A stretch of 32,000 bases of DNA from an uncultured bacterium (GTDB lineage: Bacteria; Patescibacteriota; Gracilibacteria; UBA1369; PNNO01). The position numbers were made by a program, and so were the translations under genes. Each line of letters opens with the position of its first letter. The stretch's first letter is position 1. The stretch is taken from positions 900,001 to 932,000 of the forward strand of contig OY969931.1 of assembly GCA_963704705.1 (NCBI GenBank). The letters run 5' to 3'. Below the pieces are notes generated by a model. It ran no database searches. It was not told the origin of the DNA and was given only the letters and a program-made list of their open reading frames with translations. Of the stretch, positions 1-12,400 are shown piece after piece.

Positions 1-155
1 GAGTTTTCTGAAAGATCACCATAGCTGATTGCTTCTTTAATTCTGCCTGCAATTTCTTTACGTTTTAAATTTTTTAAATTATCAAGTTCCTCTTTTAGCT
101 TTTTATAACCATCCTTGGTTACTAAAGTTACTTTATCCTCATTTATATCAGCCAT
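1..155 (-). CDS. greA: Transcription elongation factor GreA, N-terminal part (runs off the window edge)
   Basis: Not in the ORF track. Reverse-strand reading from ATG at 155..153 gives MADINEDKVTLVTKDGYKKLKEELDNLKNLKRKEIAGRIKEAISYGDLSEN, matching the GreA N-terminal coiled-coil pattern (KEGYEKLKEEL..L...KRPEIAERIKEAR..GDLSEN). Confidence 0.88.
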   Translation of the reverse strand, partial: MADINEDKVTLVTKDGYKKLKEELDNLKNLKRKEIAGRIKEAISYGDLSEN

Positions 156-178
156 AGTATAAAAGTTAATTATAATTT

Positions 179-1297
179 TTAAGTTGGGCGTATTTTTACG
201 CTCGTTGGATGTTCTTTAAGTTTTTGTAATACTTTTGCCTCAATTTGTCTGATTCTTTCACGTGTAACATTAAATTCATGACCCACTTCTTCTAATGTAT
301 GACCAACTCCGTCTTTTAATCCAAAACGCATTTCAATAATCTTTCTTTCACGTGGTGAAAGATATTGAAGCATTTCATGTATATTTTCTTTAATTATTTG
401 TCTGTTTGTTGCGTCAGCAGGAGAAAGTGCATCATCATCCTCAATAAAATCTCCTAGTTTGCTATCTTCTTCAGTTCCAACAGGCGCTTCCAAAGAAACT
501 ATATCCTGTGAAATCTTCATAATATGACGTACTTTTTTAACATCCATATCCATTTCAGCTGCCAATTCTTCAATTAATGGTTCACGGCCAAGCTCCTGTA
601 CCAATCTTCTCTGCGCATGAGTCAATTTATTGATTGTTTCAACCATATGAACCGGAATTCTGATAGTTCGTGCCTGATCAGCGATTGCACGCGTAATAGC
701 CTGTCTAATCCACCATGTTGCATATGTTGAGAATTTAAATCCTCTATTTGGGTCAAATTTTTCAACTGCTCTGAATAAACCAATGTTTCCCTCCTGAATT
801 AAATCAAGAAAAGAAAGTCCTCTACCAATATATTTTTTAGCAATACTTACAACCAATCTCAAATTGGCTTCAGCAAGCTTTTGTTTTGCTGTCTGGTCTC
901 CTTTTTTAATTGCGCGTGCTAAATCAATTTCTTCTTTAGCGGTTAATAAAGGAACTTTACCTATTTCACATAAATAAAGTCTAATAGAATCATTAGCGAT
1001 TTCTTTAAGTTCGATTTCTTTTTTATCTTTTATCATTTGCTCCTCTTCTTCTTCCTTATTTTTCCAAATCATCTCATCTTTGACATCAATTACATCAATG
1101 CCAAGATCTAAAAATAAACTATAGATCTCATCTAATAATAAAAGATCGTCTTCAACATTCGGTACAGCTTTTAAAAGCTCCTGTTGAGTTACGAAACCTT
1201 GTTCTCTACCCTTTTTTACAAGCTTTTTAACTGCATCCGGAAATTGTGCAAGCTTATCGTCAGATGGATGAACTATGAATTTTTTGGTACGTGCCAT
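179..1297 (-). CDS. rpoD: RNA polymerase primary sigma factor (RpoD/SigA), 372 aa
   Basis: Region 2 ([53 protein letters not shown]) and region 4 ([14 protein letters not shown]...[27 protein letters not shown]) are explicit. It sits beside dnaG as in the macromolecular synthesis operon. Confidence 0.97.
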   Translation of the reverse strand: MARTKKFIVHPSDDKLAQFPDAVKKLVKKGREQGFVTQQELLKAVPNVEDDLLLLDEIYSLFLDLGIDVIDVKDEMIWKNKEEEEEQMIKDKKEIELKEIANDSIRLYLCEIGKVPLLTAKEEIDLARAIKKGDQTAKQKLAEANLRLVVSIAKKYIGRGLSFLDLIQEGNIGLFRAVEKFDPNRGFKFSTYATWWIRQAITRAIADQARTIRIPVHMVETINKLTHAQRRLVQELGREPLIEELAAEMDMDVKKVRHIMKISQDIVSLEAPVGTEEDSKLGDFIEDDDALSPADATNRQIIKENIHEMLQYLSPRERKIIEMRFGLKDGVGHTLEEVGHEFNVTRERIRQIEAKVLQKLKEHPTSVKIRPT

Positions 1298-1307
1298 ATT
1301 TAATATT

Positions 1308-3077
1308 TTAATTGCCCACTAAATTTTTGAGCTGTAATAAAAGATTTTTTGCTTTCTCTGATTCTCCGTTTTTTTCCGCTTCTTTAATTTGTGTTGATAA
1401 ACTCTTTTGCAGTCGTTCAGTTCTAAATCTTTTTTCGCTTTCAAGCAGAAGTTTGAATTCTTTTTTCAACATTTCTTCATTGAATGTACCGTATAAATCG
1501 TCTACAAATAAAGAAATAACCACTAATCGATCCGCGATTTCTTCACTGAAACATGACAAAAAATCCTTCCTCGTATCCTCTGCTCGAAGCAAATTATAGT
1601 GATCTTTATACGTATTGTAAATGCTTTTTTCAACTTCATTTAATAATTTTTCATCAATTTCCTTAATATAATCTTCAAAAAGCTCCGGATTCTCATAAAT
1701 AAGCCCAAAAACAATTTCCATACTAGTAATTTTATGTACTATTTGTTCATTTATTTGCTCGGATTTTTTTAATGTAGGTATAATTGAGCTCTTAAAATGT
1801 TTAATTTCATCATAAATAAAGATTTCTTTTGTATCTAATTTCTGAGCAATTATCCTTATATACTGATCTTTTTCAAAATTACTGCTTAATAAATTCAAAT
1901 ATGGGATAAGCTCGGATAAAATATGCTTTTTTCCATCAATTGTCTGTGAATTATATTTTTTTAGAGACAAATCGATACAAAAATCCATAAATGGGATTAT
2001 ATTTTTACTTAATTCTTCCCATTTTCCAGGATTTTCTTTGATGAAATCCGCGGGATCCTTAACTTCCAGACCGTTTATTACATAAACATTCATATCTTCA
2101 TGTACAGCAAGTTCAAATCCGCGTTTTGCAGCTTCGATACCGGCCTGATCCGTATCAAAACAAAAGACTAATTCTTTTGTAAGACGTTTAAATAACTTTA
2201 TTTGCTGCAGGGTGAGTGCTGTTCCGGAACTTGCGACCGCAATTCTAACGCCTTCCTGGTGCGACATAATCACATCAAAATAACCTTCGGTAATAATAAC
2301 CTTATCTTCTTTTTTAATATGTTCTTTTGCAAAATTATACCCGTAAACAACTTCACTTTTTTTATAAATAGGAGAATCAGGAGAATTTAAATACTTTGGA
2401 TTATCATCTTTTTTCAACGCACGACCTCCAAAGCCCACAATTCTTCCAACCGCATCATAAATAGGAATCATAAGCCTCATTCTAAAACGGTCATATATTT
2501 TGTTTGCATCCGTATCTTTGGCCACAGCGATTCCGCTTAATGCAATTGATTTACGGGAATAACCGGCTTTTACAAGATTCATATGCGTTTCTTCAAATGA
2601 ATCAGATGCAAAACCAAAATTAAACTCCTTTATTGTTCCATCTTTAAGACCTCTATTCCTCAAATAATCTAAAACTTTAACTCCTTCAGGAGTATTCCAA
2701 AGCTTATCAATATAAAAACTAAGTGTTTTATTATGCATTTCATACAGTTCTTCTTTTTCACTTTTGCTGTGCTTGGTTTCTTCTGAGAATGAGTAGTCGG
2801 CCATATCTAAACCGCATTTATCAGCCAAAATTTTAACTGCATCTTTAAACTCAACTCCTTCAACCTCTTCAATAAAAGCAATCATATCTCCGCCTTTATG
2901 ACACCCAAAACAATAAGCAAGCTGCTTTTCAGGGCTTACCATAAAACTCGGTGTTTTTTCATTATGAAAAGGACAAAGACCTTTAAAGTTCTTTCCTGCT
3001 TTTTTAAGCTGAACATATTGTCCAACAACATCTTCAATGTTTAATCTGGATTTTATATCTGAAACAACATCTGACAT
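1308..3077 (-). CDS. dnaG: DNA primase DnaG, 589 aa
   Basis: CHC2 zinc-binding domain ([30 protein letters not shown]) and Toprim region ([15 protein letters not shown]...[18 protein letters not shown]). Confidence 0.97.
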   Translation of the reverse strand: MSDVVSDIKSRLNIEDVVGQYVQLKKAGKNFKGLCPFHNEKTPSFMVSPEKQLAYCFGCHKGGDMIAFIEEVEGVEFKDAVKILADKCGLDMADYSFSEETKHSKSEKEELYEMHNKTLSFYIDKLWNTPEGVKVLDYLRNRGLKDGTIKEFNFGFASDSFEETHMNLVKAGYSRKSIALSGIAVAKDTDANKIYDRFRMRLMIPIYDAVGRIVGFGGRALKKDDNPKYLNSPDSPIYKKSEVVYGYNFAKEHIKKEDKVIITEGYFDVIMSHQEGVRIAVASSGTALTLQQIKLFKRLTKELVFCFDTDQAGIEAAKRGFELAVHEDMNVYVINGLEVKDPADFIKENPGKWEELSKNIIPFMDFCIDLSLKKYNSQTIDGKKHILSELIPYLNLLSSNFEKDQYIRIIAQKLDTKEIFIYDEIKHFKSSIIPTLKKSEQINEQIVHKITSMEIVFGLIYENPELFEDYIKEIDEKLLNEVEKSIYNTYKDHYNLLRAEDTRKDFLSCFSEEIADRLVVISLFVDDLYGTFNEEMLKKEFKLLLESEKRFRTERLQKSLSTQIKEAEKNGESEKAKNLLLQLKNLVGN

Positions 3078-3124
3078 GCGAAAATTTTACTGGGTTTTAA
3101 TTCTATAGCTCTTAACGCAATAAA

Positions 3125-4186
3125 TCAACTGGACTTTTTTAGTTTCTTAAGCCCATAAAAGACAATTATAGAGGCCATAATAACCATTATGAGCCCCATC
3201 ATTATAATAAGGTATAGTTTTTGAGTTGTTCCAAGAAATATCGCGCTTCCTCCAAAAAAAGCACATAATAAATAAATAAGTAAAAGTGCTTTCCTTTCAG
3301 TTAAACCCACTTCAACCAATCTATGATGTAAATGCTTTAAATCACCCTGCATAGGTGATCTTCCCTGAACAATTCTGCGTGTAATAACCCAAAATGCATC
3401 TAAAATCGGGAATCCAAGTACTAAAAAGGCTGTTGCAATCTTTCCGCCGGCAAATATTGCAAAAACTGCTATTAAAAATCCCAAAAACATACTTCCGGTA
3501 TCCCCCATTAGTATTTTTGCGGGATGGAAATCGAAAATCCAGAATACAAATGTCATTGTTGCTACAATAACAGCTAATGTTGCGACAGTACTCTGGTCAA
3601 CTATATTATATTCTCCGATTGATAAAACAAATAAAGTGGCGACAGCAATAAATGAAACTCCGCTAACCAATCCGTTTAATCCGTCTAAAAAATTCATTGT
3701 ATTTACGATCAAAACAATCCAAAAAATTGTAAATAGATCAGCAAGTAATGTGATTGTTAAAGCTGTATCCCCTATTGGAATAGTTAATTTTAATTGATCC
3801 AAAACAATAGGATCTCCCAATGGATTACTAATAGAAGCTATTCCTATACCTGAAATTACAACTGATAATGCGCCTAAAAACTGAATTGCTAATCTTATCC
3901 ATGGATTCAAACCTTTTAAATCATCCAAAAAACTTACTGTCGCAATCATAAATCCCCCAAGCAATACTCCAAATACTCGTGCATCAATCTTAACAAAAAT
4001 TAATGTTGAAACAAAAAATACAATAATGAATATTAATCCGCCATAATAAGGTATGGGTTTTCTTTTCAATCCATATTTTTTCGGACGATCCATCAAGCCC
4101 CATTTTGGAAAGAATTTAAGCGCCAGAAGCACTAAAATTAGAGTTAAAACAAATGAGAATATTGCTGGAGGAATATATTGGATCAT
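3125..4186 (-). CDS. Polyprenyl-phosphate GlcNAc-1-phosphate transferase family (WecA/TagO-type glycosyltransferase 4), 353 aa
   Basis: Multi-TM protein with MNFLDGLNGL, KILMGDTGSMFLGF and HLHHRL motifs; the HLHHRL motif favours WecA/TagO over MraY. Confidence 0.85.
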   Translation of the reverse strand: MIQYIPPAIFSFVLTLILVLLALKFFPKWGLMDRPKKYGLKRKPIPYYGGLIFIIVFFVSTLIFVKIDARVFGVLLGGFMIATVSFLDDLKGLNPWIRLAIQFLGALSVVISGIGIASISNPLGDPIVLDQLKLTIPIGDTALTITLLADLFTIFWIVLIVNTMNFLDGLNGLVSGVSFIAVATLFVLSIGEYNIVDQSTVATLAVIVATMTFVFWIFDFHPAKILMGDTGSMFLGFLIAVFAIFAGGKIATAFLVLGFPILDAFWVITRRIVQGRSPMQGDLKHLHHRLVEVGLTERKALLLIYLLCAFFGGSAIFLGTTQKLYLIIMMGLIMVIMASIIVFYGLKKLKKSS

Positions 4187-5031
4187 ATATTTAATTTTTT
4201 CTTATATTTATATGCATTATTTTTTATCTTTTCTATAATACCAACAAGTTTATTGTTATAAAAGGCACAAACAATATCATCCTCAAGATCTTTTCTGATT
4301 ATAAACTGGCCTAAATTCAATTTTTCCAATTCCTCACCTAAAATTTCAATACATTTATATTTAAGACTCACAGCTTCTAACGGTATCAAATCTTCTTCAC
4401 TTACTTCGTTGATTTTAATTGAATCTTTAACTATAAAATTGCCTACTCTTGTTCTTTTAAGTTCATTCAAATAAGCGCCTGTACCTAATTTTTCGCCTAT
4501 ATCATTAGCTAAACTTCTAATATAAGTTCCGCTTGAACAGCTCACATCAAATTCCAAATTCGGATAATTATATGAGATTATTGCTATATTATTTATTGTA
4601 ATTTTTCTGCTTTTCATTTCAAATTTTTCTCCATTACGAGCCATTTCATAAGCTTTTTTGCCGTTAATTTTTAATGCAGAATATTTAGGTGGAATTTGCT
4701 CAATCTCGCCAATAAATCCGGCAACAATTTCCTGTATTTCATCAAAATCCGGTTTACGACTACCCACCTCTTCAATTTCACCTTCTGCATCATATGTATC
4801 TGACTTTTTACCTAAAATAATTTTTGCTGAATATTCTTTTTCATCTTTCATTAAAAATTCAATAAGTTTTGTTGCTTCACCAACAGCTACTATTAAAACT
4901 CCTTCAGCCAAAGGATCTAAAGTTCCTGTATGTCCCATTTTTTTTATTCCAAATTTACGTCTAAGTTCACGAATAACATCAAATGATGTCATTCCTTTTT
5001 CTTTATAAATATTTAAAAAACCGTAATTCAT
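4183..5031 (-). CDS. truB: tRNA pseudouridine(55) synthase TruB, 282 aa
   Basis: Contains KKMGHTGTLDPLAEGVLIVAVGEATKLIEFL, KIPPKYSALKINGKKAYE-type motif and CSSGTYIRSLANDIGEKLG. Confidence 0.95.
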   Translation of the reverse strand: MNYGFLNIYKEKGMTSFDVIRELRRKFGIKKMGHTGTLDPLAEGVLIVAVGEATKLIEFLMKDEKEYSAKIILGKKSDTYDAEGEIEEVGSRKPDFDEIQEIVAGFIGEIEQIPPKYSALKINGKKAYEMARNGEKFEMKSRKITINNIAIISYNYPNLEFDVSCSSGTYIRSLANDIGEKLGTGAYLNELKRTRVGNFIVKDSIKINEVSEEDLIPLEAVSLKYKCIEILGEELEKLNLGQFIIRKDLEDDIVCAFYNNKLVGIIEKIKNNAYKYKKKLNI

Positions 5032-5034
5032 ATA

Positions 5035-6339
5035 TTAAATTTGAACTTCAACTTCCCTGCTTAAAATTTCTTTAACTGCATTTCTGTCATCCCACGGAAT
5101 TCTTTCTTTACCTATAATTTGTATTTCTTCGCAACCTTTACCTGCGATCACTACTGTATCTTCAGGTTGTGCAAGTGTTAAAGCGAGCTTAATTGCTTCA
5201 TATCTATGTGGAATTTTCCAAAATCTATCCCCTTCTTTTCGATTGATTCCTTCTGCAACCTGATTAATAATTTGCCATTCGTCTTCTTCGTAAGGGTCAT
5301 CATTGGTTAAAATAATATAATCAGTATTTTTATCGGCAATCTTGCCCATTTTTGGACGTTTAGCTTTATCTCTTCCTCCGCCTGTTGCACCAAAAACTGC
5401 AATAAGTTTACCAACTGTAAGATTTTTATATAGATTAAATAATTTTTCCAAAGAATCCGGAGCGTGAGCGTAATCAACAATTATTGAATACGGCTGACCA
5501 TGTTCAATAACTTCCTGCCTGCCCGGAACACCATGTGCTCTTTCAAGAGCTGCCTTTATAGTTTTTAAATTTATATTGTTTGAAAGAGCAACAGTAGCTG
5601 CTGCCAAAGCATTTGAGATATTAAATTCACCCGGCATGTTTAAATTAATTCTAATAGAATCATTTGGAATATGAAGAATGAAAGTTGAACCTGAAGCATT
5701 CAATTCAATTGAACTTGCATGACAAGTCCCTTTTTTAAGACTGTAAGTATATTTTCTATCAACAATAAACTGATCAAAGTAATCAAACTGTTTATCATCT
5801 GCATTTAATACTGATAACTTTGGTATGTTCGGCTTTCTGCGTGACTGATTTAATTTTTTAAATAATGAACCTTTCGCATGCAGATACTCCTGAAAACTAC
5901 CATGATATTCAATATGATCTTCGGTAATATTTGTAAAAACAGCTGTATCAAAATTAATTCCTAAAACTCGCGATTGAGTCATAGCATGTGAAGAAACCTC
6001 CAAAACAGCATGAGTACAATTTTCTTTTACCATTCTTCTAAGCATTTTCTGAAGTGTAAACGGACTCATGGTTGTTTGCTTTGAAGTATTAACCCATTTG
6101 GTTGCACCAATTTGAAAATTAATAGTTGAAGCCATACCTACTTTATAACCTGCTTCTTCCAAAATCATCGTAGTTAAATTAACCGTAGTTGTTTTCCCGT
6201 TTGTACCTGTAATACCTATTACATTTAAATTTCTTGATGGAAATCTGTACACAACAACGGCAAGCGCTGCTTTTATCTGGTGATATAAAAGTCTTATCGG
6301 GTTTGTATCGGAAATCTTATTTTTAAGGAAATTTAGCAT
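5035..6339 (-). CDS. murE: Mur ligase, MurE-like UDP-N-acetylmuramyl-tripeptide synthetase, 434 aa, without the usual N-terminal domain
   Basis: NVIGITGTNGKTTTVNLTTMILEEAG P-loop, EVSSHAMTQSRVLGINFDTAVFTNITEDHIEYHG, VDYAHAPDSLEKLF, GATGGGRDKAKRPKMG, GKGCEEIQ. Confidence 0.88.
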   Translation of the reverse strand: MLNFLKNKISDTNPIRLLYHQIKAALAVVVYRFPSRNLNVIGITGTNGKTTTVNLTTMILEEAGYKVGMASTINFQIGATKWVNTSKQTTMSPFTLQKMLRRMVKENCTHAVLEVSSHAMTQSRVLGINFDTAVFTNITEDHIEYHGSFQEYLHAKGSLFKKLNQSRRKPNIPKLSVLNADDKQFDYFDQFIVDRKYTYSLKKGTCHASSIELNASGSTFILHIPNDSIRINLNMPGEFNISNALAAATVALSNNINLKTIKAALERAHGVPGRQEVIEHGQPYSIIVDYAHAPDSLEKLFNLYKNLTVGKLIAVFGATGGGRDKAKRPKMGKIADKNTDYIILTNDDPYEEDEWQIINQVAEGINRKEGDRFWKIPHRYEAIKLALTLAQPEDTVVIAGKGCEEIQIIGKERIPWDDRNAVKEILSREVEVQI

Positions 6340-6703
6340 TTTTAATATCTTGTTTAATTTGTAATTGCAGGTCTTCTTTACTTTTGAATTCTCTCACATC
6401 ACGGATTTTTTTCAATGTTTTAAATTTTACTTCTTTATTATTGATACTTTTATTAAAATTTAATAAATGAATCTCGCAAAAAATTTTCTTATTATCATTA
6501 GTGCCGATTGATTTAGGACCTATATGCATTACTCCAATATAATGTTCCCCGTCAATTTTAACTTCGCAACTGTAAACACCATACTTTATATCTTTTGGAA
6601 CATCTTTTAAATTAATAGTAGGAAAATCAATCAGCCTTCCTATTCCGGCACCTTTTTCAATAACAGATTTATACCAAATATCATTCATTTTTTGATAATG
6701 CAA
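6323..6703 (-). CDS. Stand-alone riboflavin kinase domain, 126 aa
   Basis: VIEKGAGIGRLIDFPTINL...YGVYSCEVKIDGEHYIGVMHIGPK...EIHLLNF matches the RibF C-terminal kinase domain; no nucleotidylyltransferase domain is present in the ORF. Confidence 0.8.
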   Translation of the reverse strand: MHYQKMNDIWYKSVIEKGAGIGRLIDFPTINLKDVPKDIKYGVYSCEVKIDGEHYIGVMHIGPKSIGTNDNKKIFCEIHLLNFNKSINNKEVKFKTLKKIRDVREFKSKEDLQLQIKQDIKNAKFP

Positions 6704-8072
6704 AATTGACTCCTATTATAAGCCAGAATATTAATGACAAATCGTTTTTCCAGTAAGTAACATCTATTAAACCATGTATCAATAAATAACTGAGCATAAT
6801 TATTACAGCAATCGCTATATTTTTTTCTTCACCGGGCTTAATTTTTCTGTATTTTTTAAATGCAAAAACCACTATCCATATAAAAGACACAATACCTAAA
6901 AGACCAGTATTAAGCCATGTTTCCATGTACAAATTATGCGAATGTAACCTTGTCGGTTCCAAAGGCGGATGTCCTAGAATTTCTTCTGCTCTATATGAAT
7001 AATTTGGCTGAAATTGACCCAGACCAATACCTAACAGCGGGTTTTCTTTTAATAAAGTAAAACCTACCTGCCAAATTTCAAGTCGTGTAGAAATTGAAGT
7101 ATGTTCATCAATTCTTACTAAATTCTGAAACTTTTCAATATTTAAAGATGCAGTTAATGTTCCTGCCAAAGTAACAAATAAAATAATGAAAATTATAATT
7201 TTATTTAAGAACTTTTTAACCAAGAATTCACCTGTGGTAATTCTTGTATAAATAACAAATATAAAAATTGCTATAAACGCTCCCAAAAGCCCTCCGTAAG
7301 ATTGCGAAAGCACCAAAACTGCAAATAAAAACGCTGCGAATAATCCTAAAAATATTCTATGTTCAAATGCTGCAAATCTAGTATGCGCAGTTGCAAGTTT
7401 AAGATGCATAAATGTCTGTAAAAATCTTATGGCTGTGAAAATAAATGCCGGAGTTATATACATGGCAAAATAATTTGCTGATTCAAAAGGTCCGGAAACT
7501 CTTTGATCAATAGTAGCATAATGTCCTGATGCAGCCTGATACGAACCCCATAACGCCAATATTAATGCTGAACTCAAGTAAGCATATAATACAAAATTCG
7601 CGTCTCTGGAATCTTTAATTGTGACAAATAAAATATAGAAATAAATAAGGGGTATTATTACCCAGCTTTTTAATATTCCCAATGCATGCATAGCATCATT
7701 ACCCTGTACAATCAAAGCTGAAATCACACTTGCAATTAAAAACAAAACAATTGGGAAAAATGGTGACTTCAAAAAATCCTTAATTTCCCATTTTGCAGGC
7801 AAAAATTTGAGTTTTATAATATGCAGAATTTTATGAAAAAATCCCTTTGATAAAGCTTCACTATGACCAATTAATAAGAAATAAAAAACCGGTATTGCTG
7901 AAATTATTATTATTGCCTCAACAAAATATATAGGTATTCCAAATATATTTATTTCAAATAGATATAATGGAAAAAATAACGGAATTAAAAGTATTGAAAC
8001 CCTTAAATTTTTATAAACAAGCAATGCCCAAGCAACTAAAAGGATTATATAAATAATATATTCAAACGGCAT
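6681..8072 (-). CDS. O-antigen ligase / Wzy-type polymerase family integral membrane protein, 463 aa
   Basis: About 10-12 hydrophobic segments and the Wzy_C-type loop (LVRIDEHTSISTRLEIWQVGFTLLKENPLLGIGLGQFQPNY...LHSHNLYMETWLNTGLLG). Confidence 0.85.
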   Translation of the reverse strand: MPFEYIIYIILLVAWALLVYKNLRVSILLIPLFFPLYLFEINIFGIPIYFVEAIIIISAIPVFYFLLIGHSEALSKGFFHKILHIIKLKFLPAKWEIKDFLKSPFFPIVLFLIASVISALIVQGNDAMHALGILKSWVIIPLIYFYILFVTIKDSRDANFVLYAYLSSALILALWGSYQAASGHYATIDQRVSGPFESANYFAMYITPAFIFTAIRFLQTFMHLKLATAHTRFAAFEHRIFLGLFAAFLFAVLVLSQSYGGLLGAFIAIFIFVIYTRITTGEFLVKKFLNKIIIFIILFVTLAGTLTASLNIEKFQNLVRIDEHTSISTRLEIWQVGFTLLKENPLLGIGLGQFQPNYSYRAEEILGHPPLEPTRLHSHNLYMETWLNTGLLGIVSFIWIVVFAFKKYRKIKPGEEKNIAIAVIIMLSYLLIHGLIDVTYWKNDLSLIFWLIIGVNFALSKNE

Positions 8073-8084
8073 ATTAAATTGTTA

Positions 8085-8663
8085 TTAGTAATTCTTTTTT
8101 TCAAGTTCAATCAATCCATAATCGCCATCTGCACGTCTGTAAACAACTGAAAACAAATTAGTATCTGAATTGATAAATGCATAAAAATCATGACCTAAAA
8201 GTTCCATTTGTTCAACTGCTTCGTCTTCACGCATTGGTTCATGATCAGTATATTTTTTTCGTTTTACAATTCCTTCTATTTCTTCAGTTGAGATTTCATC
8301 TTTCGTAACATTTTCTAAGGTTGATTCGGGTATCCAATTCCCTGATTTATCTCTTCTGTGCTTTTTGGCTTTATACCTTTCTATTTGTTTTTTAAGCTTT
8401 TCTACGGCCAAATCTGTGGTCTCTTCAATAGTTGATCCGTGTACTTCTGCTCTAATAACGGCATTTGGAATAAACATTGTTATTTGTGTGACAATTTTCT
8501 CATCACCTGATTGTACTTTTCTTTTTGCAACATCAACACGAATTATTGAAGCTTCATCTGAAACTCTTTCTTCGTATTTTTTTAGATTTTCGATTTTTTC
8601 ATTAATATAATCCTTTTGATTATCACCTAATGTAATTGATTGACCCACAATTTGAATTTGCAT
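8085..8663 (-). CDS. hpf: Ribosome hibernation promoting factor (long form), 192 aa
   Basis: N-terminal S30AE-like domain (MQIQIVGQSITLGDNQKDYINEKIENLKKY...DLAVEKLKKQIERYKAKKH) plus C-terminal domain (REDEAVEQMELLGHDFYAFINSDTNLFSVVYRRADGDYGLIE). Confidence 0.92.
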   Translation of the reverse strand: MQIQIVGQSITLGDNQKDYINEKIENLKKYEERVSDEASIIRVDVAKRKVQSGDEKIVTQITMFIPNAVIRAEVHGSTIEETTDLAVEKLKKQIERYKAKKHRRDKSGNWIPESTLENVTKDEISTEEIEGIVKRKKYTDHEPMREDEAVEQMELLGHDFYAFINSDTNLFSVVYRRADGDYGLIELEKKNY

Positions 8664-8698
8664 GTTTTTGAGGATTAAAAGTATTAAAAATTATAGAT

Positions 8699-9462
<764 letters not shown>

Positions 9463-9492
9463 ATTAGGATATTAATATAAAAACAAAAACCA

Positions 9493-12400
9493 ATGAAAAA
9501 TAGAAATTTACTCAAATTTTTTAATTATTTCGCATTAGAACAGCGAAATTTGTTCTTATGTGAAAGCAAACTTGCATTTAAAAATCCTAAGGCGGGAGTA
9601 AGTGCAAGCGCTGAAAGATTATCAGCAACTGAAAAGAAAGAACTTCAAAATAAGATTGAATTACAGAATAAACAAATACAGGCAAATGAGAAAAAACTAG
9701 AAGAATTTAATAAGATGCTTGATAAATTTTTTGTGAATAAAAGAACATTTGAAGTAAAAAATATTACAAATACAGCTGTTGTGCTTGAAGAGTTGATGGT
9801 TAATTCATCTGATTCCAGTTTATCGAAAGATAAGAACAGACTTGGTTATTTAAGAATGATGGCTAAAAATTTCAAATCTGCAATTCAACCACATGAGGCT
9901 GAATTAAAAAAACATCAACCTTTGAAAATAACTGTAAATCCGGGTGGAGTTATAGATTTTGCTGATTCAAAAAATCACAGATTACTAACAATCGATCTGA
10001 AAAAAGATTCATTTTATGCAGTATCAGTTGAAAATCTTAAGAGAAATATCGCAAATTTAAAAGAAAGAATCAAAGGGAAAAAAGAAGCTGTTGTAAGCCG
10101 CACACGCGAACAACATGTTTCGTATCGTGAAAATCTTGATTTGAAATCAAAATTTGGAAACTTACATGATGCGATTAAAGATTCTCCAAAACTTAAAGGC
10201 AAAGTTAAAGTTGTTCAAAACGGTGATTTCCAGGTTGTTAAATTCCTTGGAAAAAACAAAAAAGAAATTAAGAAAAATGAGTTGGCACTTAAAATTGAAG
10301 ACATTTACAACTTAAGCCTCGTAAACAGTTATCCTGATTCTGTTTTAAGAATTCAGGTTACAAACCCATACCAAGGGACTTATAAAGCAACTTATAACCC
10401 TCAGCGGGGCTCATTTTACATTGATGGCACAACTGAAAGAGCAAAAATTTATAATAACGGAAAAATTAAAGTTCTTGAATTTAGAGTTGTTCCAAAAAAA
10501 CCAAGATCAACAAAAGCAGCAATGAGCGGAGTTAAACCTGCTGAATCAAAGGCGGCTCAGGAAAAAGCAAAAAATGAAGCCTACGAGCAAAGGGAATTTG
10601 AAAAAGATCAAACAAAAGATTACTTATTCGACAAATACTACAAATATATTTTCAAAAAGGACCGTTTTGGCGGACATAAATTACTTCAATCAAAAGAAGA
10701 TTTTAAAAACTGGGGTAGATTATCTCATGTTTTAGGCCCGATTCTTGCTCAACCTCCATTCAACATAAGAAGATCATCATCAGAGCAAAAAAAATATATG
10801 GAGCTTGTAATTCAGGGAACCGGATTTTGGGATCCGAACTGGGAAATACAAGGTAAAGATTTCTTTAAATACGGAGGAATCCAATACAAAGGCGGATATG
10901 ATAAATTTGTTGAAGACTATGAAAAATTAACAAAAAAATACGATAAACTTGAGAAAGAAGGAAAAACTCTATCAGAAAAAGAACTGGAACAGCTAACAAA
11001 ACTCGAAGATATAGCAGTTGGAATCGCAAGAGTTTATGAAGCTCTTCAAACAATGAAACCATTAAAGGCTGATCAGGAATCTGAGAAAGAAAGACTGGAC
11101 AGAACAGTTCTGTTAAATGTACCTAAAGCAAACGAAACTGAATTAAAAGAAGTAAAATCAAATAGATATTTGAATTATTATTTGCCTTTATTGACTCATG
11201 AAAAAGAAACCACTTCTCATCAGGTAAATATTCTTGTTGGGTACTCAACAAACAAAAAACTTGTTCAATTAGTGCAACAGGCGATCAATTCAATTCCAAA
11301 AGGAATGATTAAAGAAGAGGTTTTATGGCAATATAAAATGAATCCTACAAAACTTCTGTTCTTAACATTTGGATTCGATTCATTGGTTGCTAAAGGCGCA
11401 ATTAAAAAAATTGACGATAAAAGATTTGTGCTTACCCAGACTCCTACAAATGCAAACTGGGCAATTGCGGCTTTAAAAATGCAGGGAGCTTCAAAAAACC
11501 CTGAATCAATGCAAAGCTGGGAAAAAGTAAGAGGTAAAGTTGATGCTCATCACAAAGCAGCAAACTTTATTAAAGCAATCTTTGGAGACAAAGAAACAAG
11601 TGTAAAAAATAATTTAAGAAGCAGATGGTCACGATTATGGCATTGGGAATGGGCAGATAAAAAATACGTGAGCATGGAAAATCTTGCTCAGGTTAAAACC
11701 TATGGTAAGAATGATTTCAATTTAGAAGCTGTTGAAAAACGCGGTTATTTGGATATGAAAGGCAAAGTTGCTGAAAGAGCCGGAGAAACCGGAATGTACA
11801 GAATTCCTGAAAAAAATCATGGCGCATTAATTAAAATGACAAATGATTATCTTGCAAAAGGTATTCAGATGACACTCGCAAATGCACCAAAAGGAAAAAG
11901 AAATGAAATTTTAAAAAACCTTACCAAAAAATTCGGAATTAATATTGAATTCGGAAAAGATGACGGAAAAATTGCAGCAGATATAGTTAAATTAATTGGT
12001 GTAAAAGGCTTAAATACTTCTGAACTTACTCCTGATAAAATCAAATTTATCAGACTTGGATTTTTGGAAGAAAGATACTTAAAAGCAGTTGAAAGTAAAG
12101 ATATGACAGATGAATACTTCTCTGCTTCACCTGAAATCAGAAAAATTCAGGACAAACTATATAAACAAGGTATGGCTTTAACTGAATTACCAAGAGTTGA
12201 AGCTGATATACATGCAGGATTAGCAGTGCTTGTTAAAAGCAGAGAAATAGTTGGTCCGGGCGGATTCGCTGGCTTTACTCTTAGATATAAAGCATTAAAC
12301 GGACATGAACTTTACACAACTGTTGGTCTTGGAGGATTACAATCCGGACTTACTGTATATGCAGCATTAGGCGCAAAAGTAAAATTAAGCGAAACATGGG

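Noticed and set aside
1312-1599. Antisense ORF of 95 aa inside dnaG
   Set aside because: Opposite strand of a well-supported primase gene; low-complexity Ser-rich translation typical of a shadow ORF.
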